Source: Octopus bimaculoides
Taxonomy: Eukaryota
Direction of reading: 5' to 3'
DNA length: 46,787 nt
Assembly: GCF_001194135.2 (NCBI RefSeq)
Contig: NC_069002.1
Coordinates: forward strand, 27,936,043-27,982,829
Under the pieces are notes generated by a model. It searched no databases and was not told the origin of the DNA. It worked only from the letters and a program-made list of their open reading frames with translations. Numbering within the stretch: the first letter of the stretch is position 1; each line of letters opens with the position of its first letter. The position numbers and the translations under genes were made by a program. Below, piece by piece: positions 46,142-46,787 of this stretch.

Positions 46142-46787
46142 TTTAATGCCTTTTTTTGGACCTGCAATTGCCTAGATTATTGATTCTGTTATTATCATTT
46201 TTAAATTGTTACACTAGATAATAATAGAGTCAATATCTTCGCAAATTATTTGCTCTGTTTTGAAATTATATATATATATGGAATCGAAATCGTAATTGAA
46301 CCATACTCGATGACTGGCACCTGCGCCAGTGGAGCACTAACAGCACTGTCTGAGCGTGTTCACTGCCAGAACAGCTGTCTGGCTTCTGTGCTAGTGGCCC
46401 GTAAAGATCACCATTTGAGCGTAATCGTTACCAGAGTCGCCTTCTAGCACTTGTGCTGGTGGCACGTTAGAAAATCATTCGAGCGAGGTCATTGCCAGTG
46501 TTGCTGGACTGGCACGTAAAAAACNNNNNNNNNNGTGCTGGTGGCACGTTAGAAAATCATTCGAGCGAGGTCATTGCCAGTGTTGCTGGACTGGCACGTA
46601 AAAAACACCTTTTTGAGCGTGGCCATTGCCAGTACCGCCTGACTGGCCCTAGTGCCAGTGGCACCTAAAAGCACCCACTACACTCTCGGAGTGGTTGGCG
46701 TTAGGAAGGGTATCCAGTTATAGAAACTCTGCCAGATCAGATTGGAGCCTGGTGTAGCCTTCTGGTTTCACCAGTCCTCAGTCAAAT

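Noticed and set aside
46453-46606. 72-bp direct repeat on either side of a 10-N gap
   Set aside because: Identical copies across a minimal gap are most likely an unmerged contig overlap.
42174-46787. Search for the terminal exon (rest of the coiled coil, RSRR-type retention motif)
   Set aside because: Not found; probably beyond the window or in a gap.

Overview
AT-rich, repeat-dense animal genomic DNA with nine N-gaps. The SINE, MITE and microsatellite content suggests a coleoid cephalopod, probably Octopus (inference). The window holds most of one + strand gene, a GABA-B receptor subunit 1 (GABBR1/GABA-B-R1 ortholog, class C GPCR). I reconstruct 16 GT-AG exons from 10141 to 42173 that splice in frame into 2049 nt (683 codons), covering most of the Venus flytrap domain, all seven TM helices and the start of the C-terminal coiled coil. 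The N-terminal and last exons are not visible. Introns hold several tRNA-derived SINE families, RTE, Dong/R4 and Penelope-like LINE fragments, mariner and Merlin transposase relics, TA- and TTAA-flanked MITEs, and several long fold-back elements. Best leads: (1) a palindromic TA-flanked element whose two arms each carry a tRNA-like cassette with a Pol III terminator; (2) minimal hammerhead-like motifs in three intronic Penelope-type elements; (3) a TM1 exon bracketed by inverted SINEs, whose skipping gives an immediate stop (GABAB1e-like ectodomain); (4) a 70-bp-offset duplicate of the acceptor and start of the TM2 exon; (5) one-ended tandem arrays of TTAA-MITEs. Most ORFs in the supplied track are microsatellite, repeat or gap artefacts. 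Exon coordinates were checked base by base; repeat boundaries are approximate.
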